A stretch of 64,000 nt of DNA from an uncultured delta proteobacterium (lineage in GTDB: Bacteria; Desulfobacterota; Binatia; UBA9968). The position numbers were made by a program, and so were the translations under genes. The stretch lies in the NCBI GenBank assembly GCA_963771465.1, contig CAVYTU010000015.1, positions 32,001 to 96,000 on the forward strand, given 5' to 3'. The notes beneath the pieces are model-generated. The model made no database searches and was not told where the DNA came from. It saw only the letters and a program-made list of their open reading frames with translations. Each line of letters begins with the position of its first letter. Position 1 is the stretch's first letter. Positions 19,315 through 29,286 of the stretch are shown here, piece after piece.

Positions 19315-20178
19315 ATGGACGAAAGCGTTTTTATCTCGACCCCCGATCACGTCGCCCTCGAGTTCGAGCTCGCCGGACCGGGCTCGCGCTTTTCCGCTTA
19401 CTTGCTCGACTTTTTGTTCAGTGTACTGATCATGATCGCGCTCATCGTAATCACGCTTGTGAGCGGCGCCGCCGGGTTGCGCAGCTTGTTCAACCTATTT
19501 CGCGGCGAAACCGGTTGGATCGCCTCATGGGGCACGGCATTGTTGATTCTCCTGCTATTCGCGATTCATTGGGGTTACTACGTTTTTTTCGAGGGTATGT
19601 GGCATGGTTCGACGCCGGGGAAAAAACGCTTGGGCATCCGGGTAATCCGTCAGGACGGCTTGCCCATCGGCTTTCGCGAAGCGGCGTTGCGCAATCTCTT
19701 GCGCGTCGCCGACATGTTGCCGCCGCCCTGTTACCTCTTGGGCGGACTGGTGGCGCATTTCGACCCCCAGGGCCGGCGCCTTGGCGACATGGTCGCCGGC
19801 ACCTATGTGGTGATGGAGCGATTCGAACCGGCGAACCGCAGCGCTAGCGGCGCGGCCTGGGCCGCGCGCATCGAAAAAGGCCGTTCGCGTCAGGCGGTGA
19901 CATTGCCGCGCGGCACCATCTCGGCGCAACAGATCGGCCTGATCGAACAGTTTCTCGCGCGCCGCCATCAATTGGCTGCCGAACGGCGCCAACAATTAGT
20001 TTGGCAAATCGCCGAACCGCTATTGCCGTTTTTAGGCGAGGATCGCAACGCTTTAGCCAAGAGCCTCGATCGCACCGAACGCTGCGAACGCATCTTATTG
20101 CAAATCATCGATATGGCGCAGTCCAACGAAGCGAAACCCGCTGGCGCTGTCAAAGCGGCCAACCCGTCATTGTTCTGA
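19315..20178 (+). CDS. RDD family protein
   Basis: LAGPGSRFSAYLLD, G.TPGK..LGIRV, LRNLLR..D, RRLGDMVAGT.VV. Confidence 0.9.
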   Translation: MDESVFISTPDHVALEFELAGPGSRFSAYLLDFLFSVLIMIALIVITLVSGAAGLRSLFNLFRGETGWIASWGTALLILLLFAIHWGYYVFFEGMWHGSTPGKKRLGIRVIRQDGLPIGFREAALRNLLRVADMLPPPCYLLGGLVAHFDPQGRRLGDMVAGTYVVMERFEPANRSASGAAWAARIEKGRSRQAVTLPRGTISAQQIGLIEQFLARRHQLAAERRQQLVWQIAEPLLPFLGEDRNALAKSLDRTERCERILLQIIDMAQSNEAKPAGAVKAANPSLF

Positions 20179-20190
20179 GGAATTGAAACT

Positions 20191-21198
20191 ATGGCAGAGC
20201 GCGCCGAAGAAAAACATTTGCAGTGGAACCGCTTCGCCGATCGCGTCGACCGGCTCAACCGCCAAGGTTCGCGCGCCCTCGGTAAACTGAGCAGCGGCGA
20301 ACTGGCCAATCTCATCGACGACTATCAGGCGCTGATCGCCGATCTGGCGCGGGCGCGCTCCATGGGCGCCGATCGCGCCGTCGTCGCGCAACTCAATCGT
20401 ATCGCCGTGGCCGGCCACAATTTGCTTTACGGTCAAATGGCGCGCCAGACGATTGGCGACGACTCGCGCTGGTATTTGAGCTTTGCCCGCGCTGTGCGGC
20501 GCCACAGTTGGGCCGTGGCGCTGTCGGCGCTAATGTTTTTTGGCTCGGCACTGGTGAGCTACGTCGCGGTGCTATTCTATCCTGATTTGGGCTTCGAACT
20601 GCTCGACGACTCGTTTATCGAGTTCGATCCCGCCAGCTCGGAAAATCTTCATGACATCCCGAGTCTTTCACGTCCCATCGTGTCGTCGACGATCATCGCC
20701 AACAACATTCAGGTGACCTTTTTGGCTTTCGGCTTGGGATTGACCGCGGGGATCGGCACCACCGTGCTGCTTGTCTTCAACGGCGTTCATCTCGGTTCAG
20801 TGGCCGGCTGGATGACATTGAACGGCAAACAGCGCGCTCTGTGGGGTTGGATCATGCCCCATGGCGGTACCGAGCTGCTCGCCATTTGCCTCGCCGGGGC
20901 CGCGGGCTATCTGCTCGCTGCCGCCATCGTCGCGCCGGGACTGGTTCGACGCAGCACCGCGCTAAAAGCGATCGGCGGCGACGCGCTGGTCATCGAGCTT
21001 GGCTGCATGGCGATGCTCGTCTTCGCCGGCTTGATCGAAGGCTTCGTCTCACCGAGCGCCATCGACTTTACCACCCGCATCGCCGTCCTGGGACTCAGTC
21101 TCGGGCTATGGGCGGTTTATTTTTGCGCCGCGGGACTAGCAAGTTCCAGCCAACCCGGCGCCGTCGCGGCGAACCATAAGCTTGTTGCCACGCGGTAA
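20191..21198 (+). CDS. Stage II sporulation protein M (SpoIIM)-like membrane protein
   Basis: DLARAR, NNIQVTFLAF, FNG..LG, PHG..EL.AI, AGLIEGFVS. Confidence 0.9.
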   Translation: MAERAEEKHLQWNRFADRVDRLNRQGSRALGKLSSGELANLIDDYQALIADLARARSMGADRAVVAQLNRIAVAGHNLLYGQMARQTIGDDSRWYLSFARAVRRHSWAVALSALMFFGSALVSYVAVLFYPDLGFELLDDSFIEFDPASSENLHDIPSLSRPIVSSTIIANNIQVTFLAFGLGLTAGIGTTVLLVFNGVHLGSVAGWMTLNGKQRALWGWIMPHGGTELLAICLAGAAGYLLAAAIVAPGLVRRSTALKAIGGDALVIELGCMAMLVFAGLIEGFVSPSAIDFTTRIAVLGLSLGLWAVYFCAAGLASSSQPGAVAANHKLVATR

Positions 21199-21307
21199 CT
21201 CTGCCGACGGCGCGAATCGATTGCCGCCGCCGTGTTGAAGATCAATGTCGCAGCGTGTTATTCAACCGACGAACCATTACCTGACCCTCCTGACCTCCTG
21301 ACTCATC

Positions 21308-22940
21308 ATGCCGCGCTCGTACAATCGTTTCATCATGCTGATCGGTGCATTGCTGATCTTGCTGGTGGCGATGACGTTCTTGTACATGCTCGGCATGTAT
21401 TTCCTTGAAGGTAAATCGCGCGGCTTCTGGCAAGCGCTGCAATGGGCCGCCGGCACGGCGTCGACCACCGGCTACGGCGGCGACACGTCGTGGAGTCATC
21501 CCGTGATGGTTGTCTACGTGGTCTGCGCGCAGTTTATCGGCGTGATCCTGTTGTTTTTAGTTTTCCCCATCTATCTGATTCCGTTTCTCGAAGAACGATT
21601 CGAAACACGCCTGCCCAAGGATGCCGCCAACGCGAAAAATCATGTGGTCATTTTCGACTACGGCCCGGCTGTCGCTACGCTGCTAACCGAACTCGAACAG
21701 GCCGATATCGCCACCGTGGTCATCGATGAAGATGAAGCCGATGCGCGTCATCTCATGGAGCAAGGGCATCACGTGATATTCGGCAACCTCGACGAAGGCG
21801 TATTGCAGAAAAGTAACTTGAATCAAGCGCGCGCGCTGATCGTCAACAGCACGGACGACCGCAACGCCGCGACCATCCTCGCCGCGCGCCAGCTCGGTTA
21901 CCAGGGAGAAATCCTCGCCCTGGTGGAAGATCCGTTTCACCGCCAACCGATCATCCTCGCCGGTGCCAGCGGCGCCTACACGCCGCGTCATGTGCTCGGC
22001 GCCGCGCTGGCCGCGCGCGCCAGCCAAAAAGTCAGCCCGACGGTGGCGGGCATTCAGCATCTCGGCAACAAACTGCAAGTCGCCGAAGCGCGCATTACGC
22101 GCGATAGCGTACTCAGCGGCAAGACCCTCGCCGAGGCCGATCTTGGCCAACACCCTGGCGTGACCGTCATCGGTCAATGGGTCGGCGGCAAACTAATTTC
22201 ACCGCCAACGCCCGATATGCGCCTCGAACCCGGCGGCATTTTGATTTTGCTGGGCAACGACGCGAGCATTCAAAATTTTATGAATCTTTGCGCAGGAACA
22301 AAGCAGCTGCATCGTGACAGGCCGTTCCTGATCGCCGGCGGCGGCGAGGTCGGAAGAAAAGTCGCGGAACTGCTCGCCGACGCGGGTGAAGAGACTTTCA
22401 TCATCGATCACCAGCCCGGACCCGACGGTGAATTTGGTGGGCAATGTTTTGGACACACAGATATTGAAACAAGCCGGAATAGACAATGTGCAAGCGGTGA
22501 TCCTCGCGCTTAGCGCGGATTCGACCACGCTTTTTGCCACCGTGATCATCAAAGACTTGGCGCCCGACCTGCCGGTGATCGCGCGCGTCAATGGCGCCGA
22601 AAACGTCGAAAGAATCTACGCCGCCGGCGCCGACTTCGCGCTCTCGATCAGCCAAGTTTCGGGACAATTGCTCGCCTGGCGCTTGCTCGGCAAGGAGTCC
22701 GTCGCCATTGATCCGGAGTTGCGCGTGATCAAAGTTTCAACCCGCGGCCTGGAAAAATTCCATCCTAAACAATTCGAGCTGCGTGACAAAACCGGTTGCA
22801 CCCTAGTCGCCGTCGAGCGCGGCGACGAGCTGATCGTGGAATTTGGCGCTGATTTCAAATTTGCCCCGAGTGACGCCGTCTACATCTGCGGCAGCGCCGA
22901 AGCCGCGCGGAAGTTCTACCAACTATTTCCGCAGGAATAA
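21308..22940 (+). CDS. Potassium channel/TrkA-type protein (pore plus tandem RCK domains), frameshifted near 22421-22427
   Basis: Pore TASTTGYGGD; RCK NHVVI..YG and IAGGGEVG; the second RCK continues in another frame (22386-22940) after a 1-nt insertion. Confidence 0.8.
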
Positions 22941-22983
22941 GCCCGGACAAATTCGCCGAATTCGAATCTCCTGCTTTCGCTAA

Positions 22984-24042
22984 TTAACCCCGCGGCGCGA
23001 GGATGGGTTTGAGCTTCGCCTTGAGCGGCGCCGGCATGGACAACCCTTCGACGATCATTTTGTGCAGCTCGGTACCGGCGATTGGGTTCACGGTCAACCT
23101 GGTTTTCTCCGCTTCGGCGAGGAACTCCGGATCTTTTAACGACTTGAGAAACGCCGCTTGCACCGCGCGCACGCGATCCAACGGCACGCCAGGCGGCATT
23201 ACGTAGGGGCGGGCGTAACTGTTCGGCTTGACCAGACCGAGCTTCAACATCTGCCGCTCTTCGTCGTTGCGCGCGAAGTTATAGATCGACGGGACATTTT
23301 TCTGCGGCAGGTCGGTCAGTGGCTCGTCGACCCACTGCGACAAAATCAGCCATTCGCCGCTCTCGAAGTCCTTGAAGTTGGAAACGCTTAACGTCTCCCA
23401 ACCGGTGATCACGCTGTTCACTTCATCCGACTGCATCGCCAGACGAATCTCCGCAGTGCCTTTGAAGCCGGCAACCAATTTCACCTTGGCTCCCAGCACT
23501 TCCTTAAGAAACAGCGCCGAATGTTGGATGCTGGTATTGGGCACCGCGCCGACGACGACTTCTTTGGCGCCGGTCATGAAGTCTTCCATCTTGACGATAC
23601 CGGAACGTTTCGTAACCACCATGATGTATTTGAAAATATCCGGCGCGCCGATGTAGTTGAACTTCGCCAGATCGAATTGCACGGCCGAAGAGCCATAGAG
23701 CTGCGACGGCAAGAGCCCGCCGTCGAAGCTGTTTACGACGGTGCCGTCCTTGGGCGCCTGATTATAAGTGTAGTTGGCGGAAACCATCGTCCCGGCACCG
23801 ACCATGTTGTTGACGAGAACTGCCGGATTGCCGGGGATGTACTTGCCGAGATGGCGCGCGATCGCGCGCCCGTAGCGATCAAACCCGCCCCCTGCCGAAT
23901 GGCCAACGACAATGGTAACGGTCTTGCCACGATAAAAATTAGCAACCGCTTTCTCGTCGAATCCCGCCTGGCCGGCAAGCGCGCAGCGGGCGGCAAACAA
24001 ACCGATCGTTACAGTCAAACCCAACGAAACTTTGCGTTTCAC
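22984..24042 (-). CDS. TctC/Bug-family tripartite tricarboxylate transporter substrate-binding protein
   Basis: FYRGKTVTIVVG..AGGGFD, IPGNP..VNNM.GAG, APKDG, PPGVP.DRV. Confidence 0.9.
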   Translation of the reverse strand: MKRKVSLGLTVTIGLFAARCALAGQAGFDEKAVANFYRGKTVTIVVGHSAGGGFDRYGRAIARHLGKYIPGNPAVLVNNMVGAGTMVSANYTYNQAPKDGTVVNSFDGGLLPSQLYGSSAVQFDLAKFNYIGAPDIFKYIMVVTKRSGIVKMEDFMTGAKEVVVGAVPNTSIQHSALFLKEVLGAKVKLVAGFKGTAEIRLAMQSDEVNSVITGWETLSVSNFKDFESGEWLILSQWVDEPLTDLPQKNVPSIYNFARNDEERQMLKLGLVKPNSYARPYVMPPGVPLDRVRAVQAAFLKSLKDPEFLAEAEKTRLTVNPIAGTELHKMIVEGLSMPAPLKAKLKPILAPRG

Positions 24043-24102
24043 GATCGCCTCCGATCACCATTGCATGAACTGGAGTAATTTGTCCCGGAACCCAGCACTC
24101 CA

Positions 24103-24753
24103 CTATTCCAATATTCCAACTTTCCCCGCCGCGAGTTTTTTTACCAGCGTCTGCGAATCCATCACCACGCCAAAATGCTTGTCGAAGTTATTGAGCGTCG
24201 CGGCGTGCTCTTGCGGCGAAAACGAAGCGTTGCAATCCGACAGAAACAACACTTTGAAATCGCGCATGGCGCCGTCGCGCGCCGTGCTGTCGCAGCATAC
24301 GTTGGTCGCCACGCCGGTGATCGCGATGGTATCGCGTTTCATGGCGCGCAAAAGATTCTCCAACTGCGTGCCGTAAAAACCGCTGTAGCGAAATTTTTTA
24401 ACGAGAATATCGTCCGCCGTCGGTTTTATCGGCTCATAGATTTCCGCGCCCGGACTGCCTTCGAAGTTGCTCCACTCATCGTCGGCGTCGTGGGTCTGCG
24501 GCTTAACGTCGGCGAAAATACCGACATCGGCCAAGTCTTTGCGCTTGGTCGTGTGCAAATAGATCACCGGAATTTTCTCGACGTGGCAGAAATCCAGCAG
24601 CCTGCGAATATTCGCGACAATATCCTCCGACGACGGCAAGTAGCGCGCGCCGCGCGGATGCACCCAGATATTCTGCATATCGACGACGATCAACGCGGTA
24701 TTTTTCGCCGTAACCGGCCAATGATCGGCTGGCCGGCCTTGAGTTGCAGTCAT
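24103..24753 (-). CDS. Isochorismatase-family cysteine hydrolase
   Basis: ALIVVDMQN, K.RYSGF, GVATNVCCDSTARD (D-K-C triad); ATG 24753 after AGGAGG. Confidence 0.9.
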   Translation of the reverse strand: MTATQGRPADHWPVTAKNTALIVVDMQNIWVHPRGARYLPSSEDIVANIRRLLDFCHVEKIPVIYLHTTKRKDLADVGIFADVKPQTHDADDEWSNFEGSPGAEIYEPIKPTADDILVKKFRYSGFYGTQLENLLRAMKRDTIAITGVATNVCCDSTARDGAMRDFKVLFLSDCNASFSPQEHAATLNNFDKHFGVVMDSQTLVKKLAAGKVGILE

Positions 24754-24898
24754 ATTTCCTCCTTTAAGATAGCAATCGGGTGACGTTGCGGGCATCTAAG
24801 CAGCGCGGCAGCGGCCTGTCAATGCGAGGTTGGTCCAAGTCGGTGGACACGCTCTCGGCGTCTATGCTAGCGTGCCGCATCGAGACGCACTAAACCCC

Positions 24899-25537
24899 AT
24901 GGCTCGCGCGAACCCAAAGAAAAAACCCGTCCACTTCTCCATGCTGCGCGATTATCGCGCCGCCGATCTGATCACTCTGGCGAATGGCGGCGCCGGCATG
25001 GGCGCCGTGTTGAGCATGATGAGTTACTCGAACAGTCCGGAAGCCTGGCGTGTCTACTTGTCTGTCGCTCTGATCGCACTCGCACTATTATTCGATTTCG
25101 CCGATGGCCGGGTCGCGCGCCGGCGCGGCGAGCACTCACCCTTCGGCCAAGAACTGGATTCTCTTGCCGATACCGTTAGCTTCGGCGTGGCGCCCGCTAC
25201 GCTCGGTTACGGCTTAGGCTTGCGCGGCGAGCTCGATATCATGATTTTGATCTTCTTTGTCGCCTGCGGCATCAGCCGGCTGGCGCGTTACAACGTCACT
25301 GCGGGTCAATTGAGCGACGACACGGGTAAAGTGAAATACTTCGAAGGCACGCCGATTCCTTCGAGCGTGGTCTTGGTCGCACTGCTGGCTTTGTGCTTTT
25401 ACTTCCAACGCACCGGTGAGTATTTACCCATGGGCAGAATTGAGATCGCGAGCCTCGGCTTTCATCCGTTTGCGCTGCTGTTTTTTGCCAACGGTTGTAC
25501 CATGATCAGCAAAACGCTGAAGATTCCAAAGCTGTAA
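24899..25537 (+). CDS. pssA: CDP-diacylglycerol--serine O-phosphatidyltransferase
   Basis: CDP-alcohol motif DFADGRVAR....S.FG.ELDSLAD.VSFGVAP, RLARYN, YFEG.PIP. Confidence 0.85.
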   Translation: MARANPKKKPVHFSMLRDYRAADLITLANGGAGMGAVLSMMSYSNSPEAWRVYLSVALIALALLFDFADGRVARRRGEHSPFGQELDSLADTVSFGVAPATLGYGLGLRGELDIMILIFFVACGISRLARYNVTAGQLSDDTGKVKYFEGTPIPSSVVLVALLALCFYFQRTGEYLPMGRIEIASLGFHPFALLFFANGCTMISKTLKIPKL

Positions 25538-25565
25538 AACTTACCTCGGTCGCCACGAGAGAAAC

Positions 25566-26542
25566 ATGCAGCGGTGGAAAGCGATTTTTTGTTTGGCTCT
25601 CGTATCCGGCTGTTACGTGACGACCGATCGGCTTGCCGCCCAGGAACGCGTGCGGGTGGCGATTTCGAATTTTTCCGCGTCCTACATTTCCATGCACATC
25701 GCCCAGAAGCGCGGCTTTTACGCCGAAGAAGGCATGATCGTGGAGATCATCCTGATGGCCGGGCTCACCAGCACGCGCGCGTTGATCGGCAACAGCGTCG
25801 AGCTCGGCTCAGCGAGCAATCCGACCGCCGCCGTGCAAGGCGCCAAGTTAAAAATCCTAATGGTGTTCAACGACAAACCGCCGGGCGGATTCATGGCGCA
25901 GCCCGGCATCAAGAGCATCGCCGAATTGCGCGGCAAACGGGTCGGCGGCTCCACGGTCGGCAGCTTGGATTACGGCTGGTTAAAAGAAGTGCTGCCGAAG
26001 TTCGGCTTGCAGCTTGAGAAGGACGTGAACTTCGTTCCGGTGGGATCGACCAGCTCGCGCTACACGGCGCTCAGAGCGGGCAGCATCGACGCCGCTTCTT
26101 TGAGTCCGCCTTCGAGCCTATTGGCTCACGTCCGCGGGTTATCCGACTTTGTTTCAGTTCGCCGATCACCTGGAAGACATCCAAGCCTCCATCGTCGCCA
26201 CCGACGATCGGCTCGCGCGCCAAGGCGATTTAGTGCGCCGCTTCATGCGCGCGACGGTCAAAGGGCAGCGGTTTACTATCTGGCCAATCGCCAGGAGGGC
26301 ATCACGGCGGTGATGGAATTCACCCGCCAGAAAGACCGCGATTTGATGTCGCGGGTCTACGACGATCACATGAAAACCATCGCCCGCGACGGCACGATTC
26401 CCGAACGCTTCAGCGCATCGTCATCGAGCGCAGCAAACGATTTACCGGCGTGACCCGCGATGTGCCTCCCGAGGAGATTTTTGATTTTTCCTTTTTGCGC
26501 AAGGCGCAAGCGGAAGTCAGTCAGAGCGGCTGGAAGCCGTAG
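25566..26542 (+). pseudogene. NMT1/THI5-like ABC substrate-binding protein with 3 apparent frameshifts
   Basis: Signal peptide, GFYAEEG, LRGKRVG. Family-like sequence switches frame near 26130, 26270 and 26410 and ends EIFDFSFLRKAQAEVSQSGWKP* at 26542. Confidence 0.7.
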
Positions 26543-26693
26543 CGATACGGGCAGGTTTTCGAATCCGCCCGGACAATTTAGAAAATATTTTTGCGCACTT
26601 TGCGTATTTTGCGCGCCAATTGATCCTGGCTTCCGTCCGAAGGCACGATGAATCACGCCCCTACATGACCTTTGTATCTCTTGGCTGATTCTT

Positions 26694-27593
26694 CTATTTC
26701 AACCATCCCGCTTCTTGATAAGCTTTGAGCGCGCCGGGATGTAACTCCACGCCGCCGAACTCAAACGCCGCCGAGCCTTTCGTGCGCAGCGGTTCGAACA
26801 AATCTTTCAGCCCTTTGAACAACGGGTTCATTTGCGGCAGCGCGTCGAGATGACTCGCGATGGTTTTCGCCATGTCGTGGACGATCCGTTCGTCAACGCT
26901 GGCATGGGTCACGATCACATTGATCACGCCGACCTGGGTGATGTCTTCGAGCACGCCGCGGAAGGCATTCTTTTCAATCGTAACCGGGCGATAGAACGGG
27001 ACTTGGGCAAACAACCTGTCGAGTTGGCCGGCACCGAAGGGAATCACGCGGATATCGGCCCGCTGGCTCAAGTCGGTGAGAACCTGGTTGGGAATCGGCG
27101 GGTGAAATTGCGCATCGATTTTGCCACTGACCAGCGCTTCAGCGCCATCGACGAAGCTCATGTGCACCGCTGTAAAACTGTCGAAGGAAATCCCCAACAC
27201 GTCGAAGATCGTATGAATATGCTGCTCCATGCCGCTGCCTTTTGCGCCGATGGCGATGCGCTTGCCTTTGAAGTCGGCGACCGAGTGAATCGGCGCGTTG
27301 GCGAGTCTGACGAAACACATCGGCCCGGCGTTGGCCGGCGCGACCATACGAATATCGATTTTCTTAGTGAACGGCGCCGCGGCGGTTTTCGCCCGGCCGA
27401 TCCAGTTAGACGCCATGAAGCCAAACTCGATCTCTCCGCGATCGAGCTGCTCGGCGTTGTGGATGCTCGCATCGCTGGTCACGACGTTGCATTGATCCGT
27501 CGCACCACGGCCACGATTGAATAGCTCCGCCAGCGCTTGGCCCTGAGTGTAAAACGTTCCGCCTAGTTCTGAAGTGCCGATCCGTATCGCCAT
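26694..27593 (-). CDS. TAXI-family TRAP solute-binding-fold protein without signal peptide
   Basis: IGTSELGGTFY, S.HN, KGKRIAIG..GSG, LHPGA.KAY.E.G; ATG 27593 after GGAGGT. Confidence 0.8.
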   Translation of the reverse strand: MAIRIGTSELGGTFYTQGQALAELFNRGRGATDQCNVVTSDASIHNAEQLDRGEIEFGFMASNWIGRAKTAAAPFTKKIDIRMVAPANAGPMCFVRLANAPIHSVADFKGKRIAIGAKGSGMEQHIHTIFDVLGISFDSFTAVHMSFVDGAEALVSGKIDAQFHPPIPNQVLTDLSQRADIRVIPFGAGQLDRLFAQVPFYRPVTIEKNAFRGVLEDITQVGVINVIVTHASVDERIVHDMAKTIASHLDALPQMNPLFKGLKDLFEPLRTKGSAAFEFGGVELHPGALKAYQEAGWLK

Positions 27594-27820
27594 TTTTGGT
27601 CTTACCTCCGGAATTCCTATTACTTGCTTTCCTCTATCTCGATCGGCGCGCGGCTGCAAATCAATACTACCCGTACGGGTCGCCAGACCGCCATGCGACT
27701 CCAACTTGACGCCGACTCACCGGCTGTAATAGTTTCCAATCGACGCGGCAGCTTTGATGCAAAGTCGCAGCGGCTCCACTCATCAAGATAAAACTCATCC
27801 TGCAAACAGAAGGAGCATTT

Positions 27821-28129
27821 ATGGCCATTATCGATTTAGATTCCCATCTGCGCGACGGTTGGTTGCTCGATGAAATCTATCAACTGCCCGAACCCTACGC
27901 AAAATATTCACCGCGACGGATCGGCGACGGCGGCAAGGCGCTGATCGATTTTTTCCTTGGCGAGGAAAACACGCGTATTCTCGCCAAGGCCGGCGAGTTC
28001 GCCACGCGCAAAGGCATCCACCCGCCGGTGCCCGACGCCGACAAGATCCAAGGCGTCGAGATGGACGACTTCGACGCCAATGAATTCAAAGAGAAAAGCC
28101 GAGAGCTGCAGAAAATCTTTTTGAAATAG
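27821..28129 (+). pseudogene. Chimeric ORF: amidohydrolase N-terminus fused to the C-terminus of an ABC solute-binding protein
   Basis: MAIIDLDSHLRD (Amidohydro_2 start) joined at about 27930 to GKALIDFFLG...GEF.TRKGIHPP...ELQKIFLK (SBP C-terminus). Confidence 0.65.
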
Positions 28130-28147
28130 CCCGAAGGAGTCGCGATC

Positions 28148-28537
28148 ATGCGAGAATATTTGTCCGGCGACACGCGTCAGCGTCAGCGCGCTTACTCTCC
28201 TGCCGTCAAGGTAAGTGGCGGCACCACGATCTACCTTGCCGGACACGCCGGTTATCAAGACGATCTCGGCGAAACCTATCCGGGCAACTTCGACGGACAA
28301 GTTCGCGTCGCATTCGAACGGCTACGCCAGACGCTGGAAAAAGCCGGTGGCAAGTTGACAGATATCGTCACCATGACCGTGTTCATCACCGACATGGCCA
28401 ACGGCACCCGCTTCACCCAGCTTCGCAAAGATTTTTTTTCAGATGACCGTTATCCTGCCAGCGCGCTGATCGGCATCAAGGAACTGGCACGGCCGGAAAT
28501 GATGATCGAGATCCAAGCCATCGCCGTGGTGGACTAA
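28148..28537 (+). CDS. RidA/YjgF/UK114 family protein
   Basis: YSPAV, IYLAG, DIV.MTVF, YPASAL.GI..LA...M.IEIQAIAV. Confidence 0.9.
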   Translation: MREYLSGDTRQRQRAYSPAVKVSGGTTIYLAGHAGYQDDLGETYPGNFDGQVRVAFERLRQTLEKAGGKLTDIVTMTVFITDMANGTRFTQLRKDFFSDDRYPASALIGIKELARPEMMIEIQAIAVVD

Positions 28538-28544
28538 GATGCGA

Positions 28545-28703
28545 CAATAAAATCCCAAATCCGAAATTCGAAAAAATCCAAATGGTCAAAATGTACAAAA
28601 TTTCAAACCAGTTTCCTTCCGATTCGGTGTTTTGGATTTTCCCAATATGAGATATATTTCTCTCTGAGTTTGTTTCGGATTTCGATATTCGGATTTCGGA
28701 TTT
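28545..28703. repeat. Inverted block of degenerate heptamer tandem repeats
   Basis: AATCCCA-AATCCGA-AATTCGA ... TCGGATT-TCGATAT-TCGGATT-TCGGATT. Confidence 0.7.
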
Positions 28704-28731
28704 TGCGTCGGTATTTACAAGGAGGTGGATT

Positions 28732-29100
28732 ATGGGATCGCCGCTCAAAGTTTCGGGTATCGACCACGTCGTCTTTCACGTCAAAGATCTCGCCCGTGCG
28801 CGAAAGTTCTACGTCGACTTCCTCGGTATGGAAGTCGATCATGAACGCGACTGGCAATGTTTCTTGAAATGCGGCAGCCAGGGCGTTGCGCTGTTCGAAG
28901 TCGACGGCGGCAACGACGTTCACGGTGGCAGCGAAGTCAATCACATGGCGCTGCGCTTGGCGGATGGCGACTACGCCCGCGTCAAAACGACGTTGGAGAA
29001 TGCCGGCATCGAAGTCCACGGCCGCCGCGGCGACCCGCACTGCATCTATTTCCACGACCCCGACGGCCATCAGCTTCAGCTATTGATGCCAAACGAATAA
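28732..29100 (+). CDS. VOC/glyoxalase family protein
   Basis: IDHVVFHV.DL....FY..LG, NHMAL, IYFHDPDGHQLQL. Confidence 0.9.
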   Translation: MGSPLKVSGIDHVVFHVKDLARARKFYVDFLGMEVDHERDWQCFLKCGSQGVALFEVDGGNDVHGGSEVNHMALRLADGDYARVKTTLENAGIEVHGRRGDPHCIYFHDPDGHQLQLLMPNE

Positions 29101-29286
29101 CCGGACCAGTCTCGAGAGCTCGGTCAACTCTCGTGGGACAGGGACTATGTGTTCTCGGACGATAGTTTTTAGTCCTGGTGTAATCGCGCAGTTTTCCGAA
29201 CAAATCGAGAAACGTTGATCTCGATGTAGGATATAAATCCCACTGACGCTTGCTTTTCGCCAGCTTAAGCTCGACCCTGATCGCCT

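Noticed and set aside
20191-21198. SpoIIM as evidence of sporulation
   Set aside because: The context is the MoxR/DUF58/RDD cluster, and there are no spoIID, spoIIP or other sporulation genes
28545-28703. Short tandem repeats considered as a CRISPR array
   Set aside because: Units are degenerate 7-mers with no unique spacers, and there are no cas genes in the window
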